The position numbers and the translations under genes are program-made. From assembly GCF_009914755.1 (NCBI RefSeq), contig NC_060934.1: DNA of 64,000 nt. One strand, 5' to 3'. Within the stretch, counting starts at the first letter, position 1, and the number at the start of each line of letters is the position of its first letter. A model generated the notes under the pieces. That model was not told the DNA's origin. It made no database searches and saw only the letters and a program-made list of their open reading frames with translations. Of the stretch, positions 44,141 through 58,111 are shown one piece after another. This stretch comes from the human T2T-CHM13v2.0 reference genome, Homo sapiens.

Positions 44141-46789
44141 AAAGACTTGCTGGGGTGGCATCTGAGACAGATAATGTCTCCATAGAACATTCACCCTTGA
44201 TTCTGTCCCCTAATCCAGCCATACAAAAAGTATTTCTCACAGGGACACAAAAGTGAAATGTTTAAAATTGGGTTATGGCCCTCTATAATGTCTTCCTCAA
44301 AAAGTGAGAAATGTGTCCCCAAATCATGTATTAATTTGAAACCCACACATGAAAATAATCCAGACCTTTTCAAATGGGTTCCACACAAGACTTGTCTAGC
44401 AAATGCTGGAGGCCAAGGGGAGTTCACATTTTTATATAAATTTGAAAATGCTCATTGAGCATTAGAATACTAAAATCTATGATAGGTAATGGAGAACAAG
44501 TAAGCATTGTTTAACCCAATGTTGTCCAAACAACTACCACAATAAAAATACATCTATTGTTTCATGTAACACCTACTAATGTCCCACAGAATATAGTTTG
44601 TTAAAGACTGGCAAGTCACTTTTCTTATCTCCATTACCCTAGAAGATGAACATGAATCTGGTTCTTAACTTATTTTCTAAGGAGAGATCTGGTTATACCA
44701 CTGATAGCTCAGCTCAACGGAACAGTGCTACTCACCAAAGTACTATTTTTTTTTTCTTTTATCTTTCCCTGAAACTAACCATGATATGAATCAGGCCAGA
44801 GAGGGTGAGCCATCTAAAACCTATCCAACTAAGAGGAATAAAGAATTTAACTATGTAGAATCCAGGTTGAAACTAAAGACACAGCACCTTGGATTCTAAC
44901 ACAGCAAAACTACTATTACTTGATGAGATTTAGAGAGATTACAAAAAGTGACAGCCTATTCAGACTGTGATTATTTCAATGAAAGCTTTCATTTCAGTGA
45001 TTTTAAACAGGACACTTACACAAATCCTAGCTGTGAAAATGGTTTTCAAGAAGGGAAGGATCATGGAGTTAGACGAGATGAGAAGTCATGTGTTTTCCAG
45101 CCTGCCTGTCTCTTCTCCCTCCCTCCTCAATTTCACCATCCAGTATCCTAGCAAAGTTGGTGTAGGAAACTACAGTTGAGGAAAAACACTGTCAGAGGGC
45201 TCAGGTGTACTAATTCCAACCTCTATGGCCTGACATCTGAATGGTCAGAAACTATGATCTTTACTAAATACTCTAACCACTTTTCAAAGCCAGTTTTCCA
45301 CTGCTTTTATTTGTTGACATGGTAAGACAGACCAAAATCATAGTAGATCCACTGGTAGGCATTGGGCTCAGAAGTGATATTACAGAACTTCCAAGTTCCT
45401 AAGAGTTTCTCAACAAGAGCTCCACAAAATTCCCTTCACATTGTAATGACTCTGTGGGAGGCACACTTTGATGTTCTCTGAACACAAACAACTCCATGCA
45501 CCTTGAGGTAACAGAATATTTCACCGAGGCTGCTAAGGTTTTCCAACAAATAATAAACTCTGACCCCTGTCAGTCAAAAAGGCTTCCATCTCTGGGTCTA
45601 GCCACATGTTTCTGTAGATCTGAACAGCAAGGTAAGCTAGAGAGTCATAAGCTACAAATACCATTCTCAGTTGTGTGAACTTTCTAGAATTACTACATTC
45701 TGTATCCAAGCATTAGAACAGCTAAAGTGGGAATTTAAACATCTTCCAAACTGTCATCTGAGATTTAATACTACTCCTGCTGTATCACAGAACACTGACT
45801 GAGCAGGAAATTTCTTGGTGTGCTTTGTATTTCTCCTCATCAATCCTGCAACACCTCATTTCATCTTCTCAACATCTTTCTTTGCTATCAACACTTCTAT
45901 TGATTAACCCGTATAACTAGGAGTCCCAAGTTCATCTTTAAGTTATTTTCTGTCCCTACAAAAGAATCTCTGCAAAACCAGTAGCCTTGTCCTGACTATC
46001 ACAGCAGCACCCAAAGCACCTACATGGTCTTCACTCAGCACCTATGGTTAAATAAGCTAGTAAAAAACAATGTCGGGTTATTTTCAAACATTGTTGAATT
46101 AATAACTACAAGGTCCCATTTGGCTTCGGGGGATAACTGACTTACTCAGGAGCATTAATTTGTTCAATGGCTACAGAACTTGAAGTCAGGATTTTAACCC
46201 GCTCACTATTCAGCTAAAGATCCCATAATCTCCTCCAAACCACTCTGCTTTGGCTGTTGGACTATTTAGCTGTATTTGCTTCACCCGTCCCCATCTCCTG
46301 CCATACTTCTGCAAACTAATGTTACCGGAGATATTTGTGCTCTGTACTCACTTCCCATCCTTGGAGGTTTTCTAACTCTTTCAGCTTCTCACACAAACCA
46401 TCAGGCTCTCGCAGGAAAGGCAAAAAAGCACAAGATAGAAATATACCCTCAGTGGCAGAGCCACATCTTCCAATCTTGGTGCCACTCTCTGAACAGTTTC
46501 TGGCACATAGGTTGTGTGCAATAAGAACTGATGAATCTGCTCATAGTTAATATGACAGCTACCTCTGTATGCAGCCATTAGCAGGAGATGTCATCATAAC
46601 CACATCTCATGATAGCTCATCCAGAGACCTGTGAGGACAGATAGTGCAGGACATCTCCCAAGGACAGAGAAGAAACCTGAATTCAGAGATCACAACTCAA
46701 GGTTTGTTGACAGAGCCAACTTGAACACAGGATTTCCTGTAACAACCTCCCAGCTTCCATCTCGAGTTTCTATATGATGAGCTGTTGCT

Positions 46790-47050
46790 GATCCTTAAAG
46801 ATCAGTACATATTTACCTCCTGTGTGACAATGCCCTGGGGAATGTGAGCCCAAACTTGCTCTGCATTCTTATCACTTTTGTACATTCATTCTGTAACATT
46901 CATCACAATGTAATGGTCTTTGGTTAATAAGACACTCATATTAGACTGAGAACCCCCACAGCAAAACTTTTCTACTGTTATCATCTATGTCTCCCCAGTA
47001 CCCAACACAGAGACTGGGTGCACGATAGGAGTTTGACAAAATATTGTTGA
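46790..47050 (+). mobile_element. L2 3' end
   Basis: TTAGACTGAGAACCCC...CATCTATGTCTCCCCAGTACCCAACACAG...CAAATATTGTTGA. Confidence 0.7.
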
Positions 47051-48023
47051 CATTTTATTTCTGTTACACCATGCCAACAAGTTACAACCAAAATAAAATA
47101 AATATTCATAAATGCATTACTCTTTTCCAGATCTATTTGCTTGTTAAAAGGATAGCTGCAAATGAATCTCACAAACATAATTTGCACAAAGAGGTCAATA
47201 GCCAAAATAGTACATATTTACATGAAGTTCAAAATAGGCAAAATTAACCAGTGGTGTCAGAACTGCTATTATGATTTGTCTTAATGCAGTCTATGCCTGG
47301 GAACCAAAAGGATTCAGAAAAAGCAAGCCATAATTTTAAATGTCCACAAATTTCATTATAAGCTGACAATGAGCACAACTAAAAACGACACCTCTCTGGC
47401 AATGTTTCTGCCAACCTAAAACACCATGAAAGGTATCCTTCCTAGGTGTTAATGTTCTCATTACCTGGAGAATGAGACATTATAAAAATGGTCCTCAGCT
47501 ACTGCAGACAAGCCTTTTTTTTTTTTTTAGGATGTTAAAGTTTCCAGGATCAGCTTAAATTATAACAGTTCTCTTTGGTTTACAAGATGCATTTTCTCAA
47601 AAACCTAAAACCTCCCTTGAAAGGGCCAAAGACTGCTGCCTTTCACATACTCTTTGTCTAGCTGAAGCCCACTGGCACCCACTCCCTCAGTTTCAGCCTC
47701 CTGTAATGCCACAATCCCTCTTCTCTCTCCATAAATCCGGAAGAGGGCTTAGTCTTTATTTGTGCTCTTCACTGGTGGAATCAAGAAATGGGGGGAAATG
47801 GAGTTGCTGTCACTGGGATATTTTATCTTCCTAGGACCGATCACGCCAAAGATCAATAATTCATCCATAGGCTGGAAAGTGCCAGGTCTGACCACACTCC
47901 CCATTGCTGTGAGAGGGAGTTCTCTCCCCATAGCTCGCATTTGGTCAGTGCCCAGAAACAAGGACTACTCTAATGACATTGATCGTCCATTGAAATTCTC
48001 CCTTGTCAGGGAAGAAGGAATAA

Positions 48024-48033
48024 GGGGCGGGGC
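48024..48033 (+). promoter_or_regulatory. GC box (Sp/KLF)
   Basis: Exact GGGGCGGGGC about 0.5 kb from the CpG island. Confidence 0.4.
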
Positions 48034-48519
48034 TCCCCTACCTAATTACCCTAAATATACAAGCCTTTTTGGTCTAACATGAGCCCACCAGAAAGTCTAG
48101 CAAGTAAAAGGAAAGTCCCTAGGAAGAATGCCCGCCTGCCAAAATTTAACTCTTTCATCTCCATTTTTCTTTGTTACACCCAGCTCTACCTGGTCTTCAA
48201 CAACATATACCCAATGTGAGCAGGGAGACAAGTCATATTGCTCACTTCGAAATTTTTTTAGGATTGGGGTTTGGAAAAGATTCGGTGGGATGGAGGTAGA
48301 TATTGCAGAAGGAAACGTCGCTTCAGTGGGAAAAATGGGCAAAGGCTCCTGTGCGGTACCTCCCAGTCCAAAAGCCCCATCAATCCACATTCACGTTAGG
48401 ATCACCCAGTGGGCTTTAACTCTTTTCTCCTTTCATTCACTTGCCTCCAACCCCATCACCTCTCTTCTATTCCTGCTGCTTTTGTGACCAGAATAGTGGA
48501 CCAAGGCTTAGATGTGCAG

Positions 48520-49330
48520 AGAGTCGCCTGTCGGAGCAAATGTGACGCTGATTGGCTTCAGCTCCCCAGCTGCAAATGGGTAGCTTTGCCGGGGTTTCTC
48601 TCTTGAGCTCCAGGCACTCTCAAGGATCCGGTTCATGTCTTCGCCCTGGCCCGCTTGGTATAGGGGGCGCACAGGAAGAGGCCAAGAAGTGGAAAGAACC
48701 TCATCTCGATGTCCCAAGTGACAAAGCCCCCGGGGCTCGGGGCTTTGGTACAGAGGAGCAGCAGAAGCCGCCGCCGCAGACGCCCGGATGCGGAGGACCC
48801 AGAGCGCTGCGCAGCTGAGGAGCACCTGGGGAGCCACCGCCGGCGCCAACTTTTGCCATCCCGGGAGCCATAGCGGCAGAGAGGGGGTCCCGGACCCGAG
48901 GTGGCAGCGAGGGGCTCTGCTTTGGCAGCTGTCGGGGCTGGAGCTCAGGACCCCAACTCCAGCCAAGTCGGGCCGCGGCGGGGCAGGCGTAGGCTGCGCA
49001 GGCAGGGGTGGCCGCGGGTGCTGAGCCAGTCGCCGCCGCGCAGGCGGGCGCTGGAGTCTCAGCTACCTGGCGCGACCGCCAGCAGCACCCAGCGCGGGGC
49101 CGGGAGCTGCTGGGGGCCCAGGCTCCGCTCTCCCCACCGCTCTGCACCGCTGCCGGCTGCGGACAGACCCGATGCGCCACCACCACCGCAGTTGCCACGA
49201 CCCCCATGGAATCGCTGGCGCCTCCGCTCCGGTTCTCTAACCCGGCGCACTCTGGGATCCCAAAGCTTGCCGTGGGTTGGAGGCTTCCTACTCTTTGTGC
49301 GTTGAGGCTTTGACCTGACCCAGAGCGCAG
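48520..49330. promoter_or_regulatory. CpG island, probable promoter or first exon of an unidentified gene or lncRNA
   Basis: Sharp rise in GC and CpG density in unique sequence (core 48730-49250) against an AT-rich, CpG-depleted background; CCAAT boxes at 48551 and 49453. Confidence 0.88.
48547..48557 (-). promoter_or_regulatory. NF-Y CCAAT box with adjacent CRE half-site
   Basis: Minus strand AGCCAATCAGC (full NF-Y consensus); TGACG at 48543-48547. Confidence 0.5.
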
Positions 49331-49529
49331 CTTATGCCCTGGCTTGGGCAGAAAATAATATTAATTACTGATCCTTTGTGCTCCCGGTCCTGGCTTCCTA
49401 AAGCACTCCTCTCTCATTCAGCACCCTATCTTATTTAAAAGAGCACTTTCCTATTGGCCATCCTCTGCGTGCTTTGTAGTTATATATTTTAGCTTCCTCA
49501 AAACACTGCAAACTTATTGAAGGCAGGAA

Positions 49530-49637
49530 GATAAAATTGGACCCTCCATGAGACAAAGCACTATGTTGAGTTTTGCTCATCATTATAGCCCTGGTACTTT
49601 GAAATGTGCTTGGCACCGAGTATGACACATAGATATC
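49530..49637 (+). mobile_element. L2 3' fragment
   Basis: CTCCATGAGACAAAGCACTATG...TTTTGCTCATCATTATAGCCC...GTGCTTGGCAC. Confidence 0.55.
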
Positions 49638-50445
49638 AGGTAGGTACCCATCAAGATTGAGCTTGTCTTCACCATCAGGTCTAGCCCAGAGCTGGTGACA
49701 TGTCCCTTGTAATGTCTTGGAATAAAACTAAATGAAGTTAGGTAACTTCAACTCTAGCACTGAAGTTAGGTAACCAACTAAATGAAGTTAGTTGGTTACC
49801 TAAATGAAGTTAGGTAACCAACTCTAGCACTCTGCCACTAGTTTGTAGAGGATCCTTGCTCAAGTATCTCTCAGCGGAACTGTAAAACGAAGGAGTTGGT
49901 TAAATGAGAAAGTCCGCTTCGGTACTTAAAATTCTGAATCATATGATAATATCTATCCAGCCCCTCCACTGCTACGTAAAAAGTTCAGGTGAAGATCTAT
50001 GGTGGGTGAGTTTTAAATTACTAGGTTTTTCTTTAAAAGCCAAACCTTTTTCCTCCAGATTTATTAAGGTATAATTGACACATAAAATTTTAGATAGTTG
50101 TGATGTACAAAGTGATGTTTTGACACATGCAGGCATTGTAAATGATTACATCAAACTAACACATGCATTACCTCCCAAACTTTTTTTTGTGTGTGTGGTA
50201 AGAGCGTTTATGGTTTACTTCTTTAGCAATTTTCAAGTAGGCAATACATTATTATTAATGACAGACACCATGCTGTACAATAGATCTCCAGAATTTAGTC
50301 ATCCTGTCCTAGTGAAATTTTGTGCCCTTTAACCAACATCTCTTCATTCCACTTTTGGCCCCTGGTAACCACCATTCTACTCTCTACTTCTATGAGTTTG
50401 TCATTTTTAGATTCCACATATAAATGACAGCATGCAGTGTTAGTC

Positions 50446-51412
<967 letters not shown>

Positions 51413-53053
51413 TAGATTGTATGTTAGTTCTATTTTTAATTTTTTGAGAAACCTCTGTACTGTTTTCCATACTGATTGTACAGATTTACATTACCACCGA
51501 CAGTGCAGAGAGCTCCCTCTTTTCCATACCCTCACCAACACTTGTTATCTCTTGTTTTTTTATAATAGCCATTCTTACAGGTGTGAGGTAACATCTCATT
51601 GTGGTTTTGATTTGCATTTCCTTGCTAATTAGTGATACTGAGCACTGTTTCATATACCTGTTAGCAATTTGTGTGTTTTCTTTGGAAACATTTCTATTCA
51701 GATCCATTGCCCATTTATTAATCAGGTACTTTGGTATTTGTTTTGGGGTCTTTTTTCTATTTTGTTTTGTTTTGCTACTGAAATGTATGAATCCCCTCTG
51801 TATTTTAGATAGTAATCCCTTATTGAATGTTTGCTTCACAAGTATTTTCTCCGATTTCATAGTTTGTCTCTTCTTTTTAAAAGTAGGGTTAAAATGTCCT
51901 CATTCTATTTCTCACGGACTTAGTATAATAACATTGCTGTTTGTATATTGTAATTATACAATATATATTCATGACGAAATAAATTCAGGATAATTAATGG
52001 CTATCACAATAAAAATAGTACTGATTCCAGAACACATATATCTGCTCAATTGCTTCCAGGATTAGGTCACTGAAAATCTGACTCCCATGTCTGTGATGAG
52101 CCTCCCTCGAAGACAACATGGGAATAGTACTTCATCGATGTTTCTAACAGGTCCAAAAACACTTCTTTTACACAAACCCTTCCCGAGACAGAATTACAAC
52201 AAAGTACTCTGAGTGATCATTCTTAAGACCACTCCAAAATAAGAAAGAATAGATGGAGAGCAGCCGCCTCAGTCACTGAAGTTGAGTTTGTGGATATTTA
52301 ATAGATTGGTGTCTCCCTCATCCCATACTGAAAGTGCTCTTTGTGAAATTCAAGCCAGCCATTTCTCTCTTCTCAGTAAGTTTTCAGAGCTTCACAGTAT
52401 TGTTTGTTTAATGCCCTCTCTTCATGCTCTACTAACCTTCTTTCCATCCTGAATAAGTATGTGAGAATTCCTCCAGGAAAGGAAAACCAAATTAAAAAGT
52501 CAAAAACCCAAATTGAATTCACAAAGGTTACAACTCCTTCCTTCCTGATCTAACTTTCCTGGTCACCCCCTTGGAGAAGGGATGTTTGAAATTCATTTGA
52601 GAATAATTTGCTGATGCCCGATTTTTTGTAAATCTTCAATTTTAATATTCCATTTGAGGAAGGGCTTAATCAGAAAGATCTTAAGATGGCTCCAAGATTG
52701 GTTGCCTGGTTGTGGTTGTTGTTTTATGGTATTTTCTTCTAATTCATAGAGGACTGTTCTCCATTGTCCTCTGTCAACAGGCAGAAGGTTATAAAAAAAA
52801 ATCACTAAACCCTAAACCTAACCCCTTTAACCAAAATGACAAAGAAATAGCCTAATTGGATGGAGAATTGGACTCATCTAATTCAATTGGTTTCCAATTC
52901 AGCAAACTCTTAAGCTCTTCCAAGAGGTTTCACTGATGGGATGCTAAAGGATGACCTATCCAGTGGGTGGAGGAGGGGAGAATTGATGTCAGGAGCCAGG
53001 CAGGGGATATAGATGGGTAGATATTACAAAAAGCCTGAAGACTCTAAATGTGA

Positions 53054-53539
<486 letters not shown>

Positions 53540-53739
53540 TAAATTTTTATATTCAAAAGCTATCAATTTATCTTTAGTAATATTTCCTTACTGAAGGGTA
53601 GCAACACAATTTATAAACAAATATGACCATTTTGGAAGTACATGCTGAAAATTCTTTCTATTATATGAGATATATGATCCAAACAGTATAGAAATCTTTG
53701 CCCTACAAAGCAGCAAAGTATTTTTTAAAGCATAAAAAC

Positions 53740-54020
53740 ATCACACAACTTAAAACCCTTCTATAGCTCCCCATTGTACTCAAAATTAGAAATGGACCAT
53801 GAGGCCTGAATGAGCTGGCCTCTGCCTATGTCTTAACCTTGTTATTCCTCAGCCACTATGGTCTCACAAACCCTTCATCGTGTAATTTTTTTTGGCCAAC
53901 TCATGGCGTTTGTGCATACTGTCCCACCTGTTTGGAATGCTCATCACTTCTCTTCACATGGCTGGTTTCTTCTCATCTCTTTAAGTCTCAGCTTATTCAC
54001 CTTCTCTGAGTGGCCTTGGA
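53740..54020 (+). mobile_element. L2 fragment
   Basis: CTTAAAACCCTTCTATAGCTCCCCATTG...TTTGTGCATACTGTCCCACCTGTTTGGAATGC. Confidence 0.65.
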
Positions 54021-54704
54021 TGAAGGATTTAAGAACCCTCTTCTGTAAAATGGAAGAAAGGTCATCTACTCAATTCAAAAAATGCCATAAAAGTTAATTC
54101 AACTTTGTAAGTTTGTTGCCAATATCAATGATACTGCCTTGTATTTATGATACACCTATCTCATCAGATTGCTAAATGATTTCTAGATTTCTACATTGAT
54201 AAATTTTATAGCAGTGCCAAAGACGGATAGAGGACAATATTTTTTACTCTCATAGAGTATAATGAAACCTACCTACATTTGCACATTTAGAGACAAAATC
54301 TTTAAATGGAACTCTACAATTCTTTAACCACAGTTGGTCCAATTGCTTCCCTGCTCTGTGTTTGTGTGTGTTGGTGTGTTAAAATGACATATTATATTTC
54401 ACCTGTTGTGTACCATTTGCATAATTATTTAGGATTTATGAAGAATAACTTGTATAATTAAACTGAAATGGTGAAGTCTGAAATAATATCATTGCCAATA
54501 CTATTGTTATTACCAGAAGTAGAAAAAAATTCATAAGTTAACCATATTCATATAACTTTTGTAGTCTTATTTTTAAAGACATTGAAGAGCTGTGAAAGCA
54601 AATAGGACTACAGGAATTAAAATCCAAGAGAAGAGTCCTTGTCATATGAGCTGAAATAATCCATGGGTGTAAGTACAGAGCACGAACTATGCTTTATTTC
54701 TTAA

Positions 54705-55414
54705 AAATATGTACAACAGAAAGTGCTAGCAAGGCTGCAGAGCAACTGTAATTCCCATACATTGATACTGGGATTGCAAAACAGCAAAGCCACTCTGGAA
54801 AATGGTTTGGTAGTTTCTCATAAAGTAGAACATACAAAGTTGTACATACAAAGCTAAAAATACTGCCAGATCCAGCAATTCCACTCCTAGGTATTTCCCC
54901 TAGATAAATGAACACTCATGCTCACACAAAAACCTGTACATAAATGCTTACAGAAATCTATTTGTAATTACCCCAAACTACAAGCAACGCAAAACTTCTC
55001 CAGTGGGTGAAAGGAATAAAACACTGTGGTATACAGCTATTCGACAGAATGCTTCTCAGCAAGAAAAAGGAGGATACTATTGTTACAAGCAACAATCTGG
55101 ATGGACCTCGAAGGCATTATGCTGAGTGAAGAAAGTCAATCCCAAATGATTATGTACTACATGATTCCATTGATGTCTCAAAAAGATAAAACTATAGTAA
55201 CAGAGAATCAATTCATGGTTGTCAGAGGTTAGGGATGGGGAGAGGACACGGCTCCAAAGAACAAGCACAAGGGAGTTGTTTGGATGTTGGAACTATTATG
55301 TCTCCTCATTGTGTTGCTGACTATGTGACTCTACACGTGTTAAAACTCATAGAGCTTTGCACCAAAATAAAAGCAAATTGTACCATATGTTAAATTTTAA
55401 AAAACAATTTAAAA
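54705..55414 (+). mobile_element. L1MC/MD 3' end
   Basis: CCAGCAATTCCACTCCTAGGTATT...GGCATTATGCTGAGTGAA...GTTAAAACTCATAGA. Confidence 0.85.
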
Positions 55415-55479
55415 GTGTGGAACTCTTGAGTCAAAATTCTTAAGAGATTCTTGGCACTACCTCTTTCCTTGATATTTTC

Positions 55480-55640
55480 TTGGCCATCACAAGAATCTTG
55501 TGAATCACATACTATATCTGCTTTGCAGATGTGGAAACTGAGGTTTATGAAGGTTAAATAATCTCCCAAATGTACATAGCCAGCAAGGGACAATCTACAA
55601 ATGAGATCAGACACACCTACAGGCACATATGCATTTTTTT
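55480..55640 (-). mobile_element. MIR
   Basis: TTTGCAGATGTGGAAACTGAGG...AGGTTAAATAATCTCCCAA. Confidence 0.75.
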
Positions 55641-56724
55641 CCCTCTCATCTAAGTGTGACAGCTCTCTCTCTCTAAACTCTGGAATATTTACTAGCTGAA
55701 ACTTTAAATATTGAGCATGACTGAGAATTATACTATCACCTCGAAGGCAACTAGACATACTGCTGAATGTTGAGTTCAAATAGTTATCCAATTTCATGAA
55801 AATAGCTTTTTTAAATATAGCCATGACATATCCAGAATTTCTCATTTTAAATATTAGAATACCTCTAATATTCAAAATACAAAAATATCAAAATCACACT
55901 TATTTTGATTTTCTAAGTATTTGCCCATCACAATGTGCTTTTTAAACTTAGTACAGATAAAATTGTTGTTAGGTTATAAAGTCTTTTGTTGGCTTCCTCC
56001 AGCATCTCACTGCACCTCCACATTTTACACATTATATTATACTTTAAATGTCCTCTATCTGGCTATAGCAACTTGAGTCTTTCTGTTATTGATGTTCCTT
56101 ATATAATTATAGTTTTGTTGTTTTAATATGTCAGTTTTCTGAATAGTTTTATTAAAGTAATTTTAATCTCAATGAGAATATGGCTGTGCTTCCACTTTAT
56201 GCATTTGCATAAAGGTTCAACTCATTTTCAAATTATCAAGGACTGCAATCTCTAATTATGAATTAGATGCTGATATTTTTATTTGCTCATTTATTTGGCA
56301 TCCTTTTTCATATCATTACCTCTAAAAGTATGTACATTTCATTAATTATTTATGCTGACTGTTTTAATGGGTTGTAGAACAAAGCAGTAATTTTGAAAAT
56401 TACAGCCATCTAACACCTACATTTAACAAAGGCACCACATTCTAAGGGACATTGTTAACTTGACAGTAATTAAAAACTACAGCACAAATCCTTCATGGCA
56501 AGATGCATTATGCTTTCAATAAATTTCTAAAATGAAATAAACAAATCCTTTAAAGTTTCCTTCTTGCATCGAAGTTTTGTAAATCACTATTAGAAAACAA
56601 ATGCAAATAAATTTATAATATTAAGATTATTGAAAAAATTTAAAATTCTGGGATATATTAGGGAAATAAATGTATTGAAAACATATTTTGTGCCATTAAC
56701 ACATTATGTATTTATTTTCTTTCA

Positions 56725-56990
56725 TTTTTTTAAGACAGGATCTCACTCTGTCACCCAGGCTGGAAAGCAGTGGCATGATGACAGTTTGCTACAGCCTCTA
56801 CTGAGACCAGAGGTACTCGCCACCACACACAGCTAGTTGGTTTTTTTTTTTTTTTTTTTTAAGAGATTGAGAGAGAGATGGAGTTGTTGTTGTATTGCTC
56901 AAGCTGGTCTTGAACCCCTGGGCTCAAGTGACCCTCCAGCGTGGGCTTCCTAAAGTGCTGGGATTTCAGGCATGAGTCACCACGTCCATC
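56725..56990 (-). mobile_element. AluJ with internal deletion
   Basis: AGACAGGATCTCACTCTGTCACCCAGG...CCTGGGCTCAAGTGA. Confidence 0.85.
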
Positions 56991-57069
56991 CCATATTGTT
57001 AGCAACTCTGATCTGTGGCACTTTAATTCCCATTTTATGGATGGGATAACTGAGGCTTTGAGTGATTAA

Positions 57070-57645
57070 GCCTGGAGACAAATTCCAGGCAGAGGGCACA
57101 GCATGTGGTGTGTGGAGGCTAAGGCCAAAGGAACATGGAGAGTTCGAAGAGCTAAAGAGAAGCATCATGGCTAGAGGTGGGGAGCTGGGGAGAGTGGTCA
57201 GAGCTGAGGCCCAGAAGGCAGGCAGCACAGCACAGGCAGAGAGAGGCAGAGATTTGCAGCAAATGCTAAGGATGTGGGACTTCATCATGTATTCCTAACA
57301 CTCACTGCAGTGTGAGGAATGGATTGGAGGGACACTTGCAGTAGTTCTTGGGAGATTATGGTCCCTGGAAGATTGTGGGTGGTCAGGGGAGGGGAAAGTG
57401 TGTGCTTTTGTGAGACACGTGGTAGGTAAGAGTAATAGGCATCACTTATTCCTGCAGAGTGATGGTAGGTGGCCAGGGAAAGGGAGATTTGAGGTGATTT
57501 CCAGGTTTTCAGACCTACTCAAGTGTATGGAAAGTGATAACCTTATTGAAATAGAGAACACTTAGAGAAGAACCATTAGCAGGAGAACTGTGTCAGTCTG
57601 TTTTAGGACATAGCAAGGTGCATTTGAGACATGCAGAACAGGTAT
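57070..57645 (-). mobile_element. L2
   Basis: ATTCCAGGCAGAGGGCACAGCATGTG...GTGATTTCCAGGTTTT. Confidence 0.7.
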
Positions 57646-57647
57646 TA

Positions 57648-58021
<374 letters not shown>

Positions 58022-58111
58022 TTAGAAGCAAAAGTAAGGGCCATTAAATTGTTACTGCAGTATTTCCCAAGCTATATCTTAGAAATTTTGTATCAGAAGC
58101 CTCCACAAATC

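Noticed and set aside
48508-49313. Overlapping 60-170 aa ORFs on both strands of the CpG island
   Set aside because: Ala/Gly/Pro/Arg-rich and open in most frames, as expected from stop-codon scarcity at high GC; no recognisable protein.
49417-49437. TTCAGCACC left half of an RE1/NRSE site; also TCAGCACC on the minus strand near 49020
   Set aside because: No GGACAG right half at canonical spacing.
49726-49831. Repeat-spacer appearance resembling a CRISPR array; also 58564-58706
   Set aside because: Primate DNA, no unique spacers, no cas genes; the intervening sequence is rearranged repeat.
52805-52832. CCCTAA-like words suggesting an interstitial telomere repeat
   Set aside because: Only about three degenerate units; compatible with chance.
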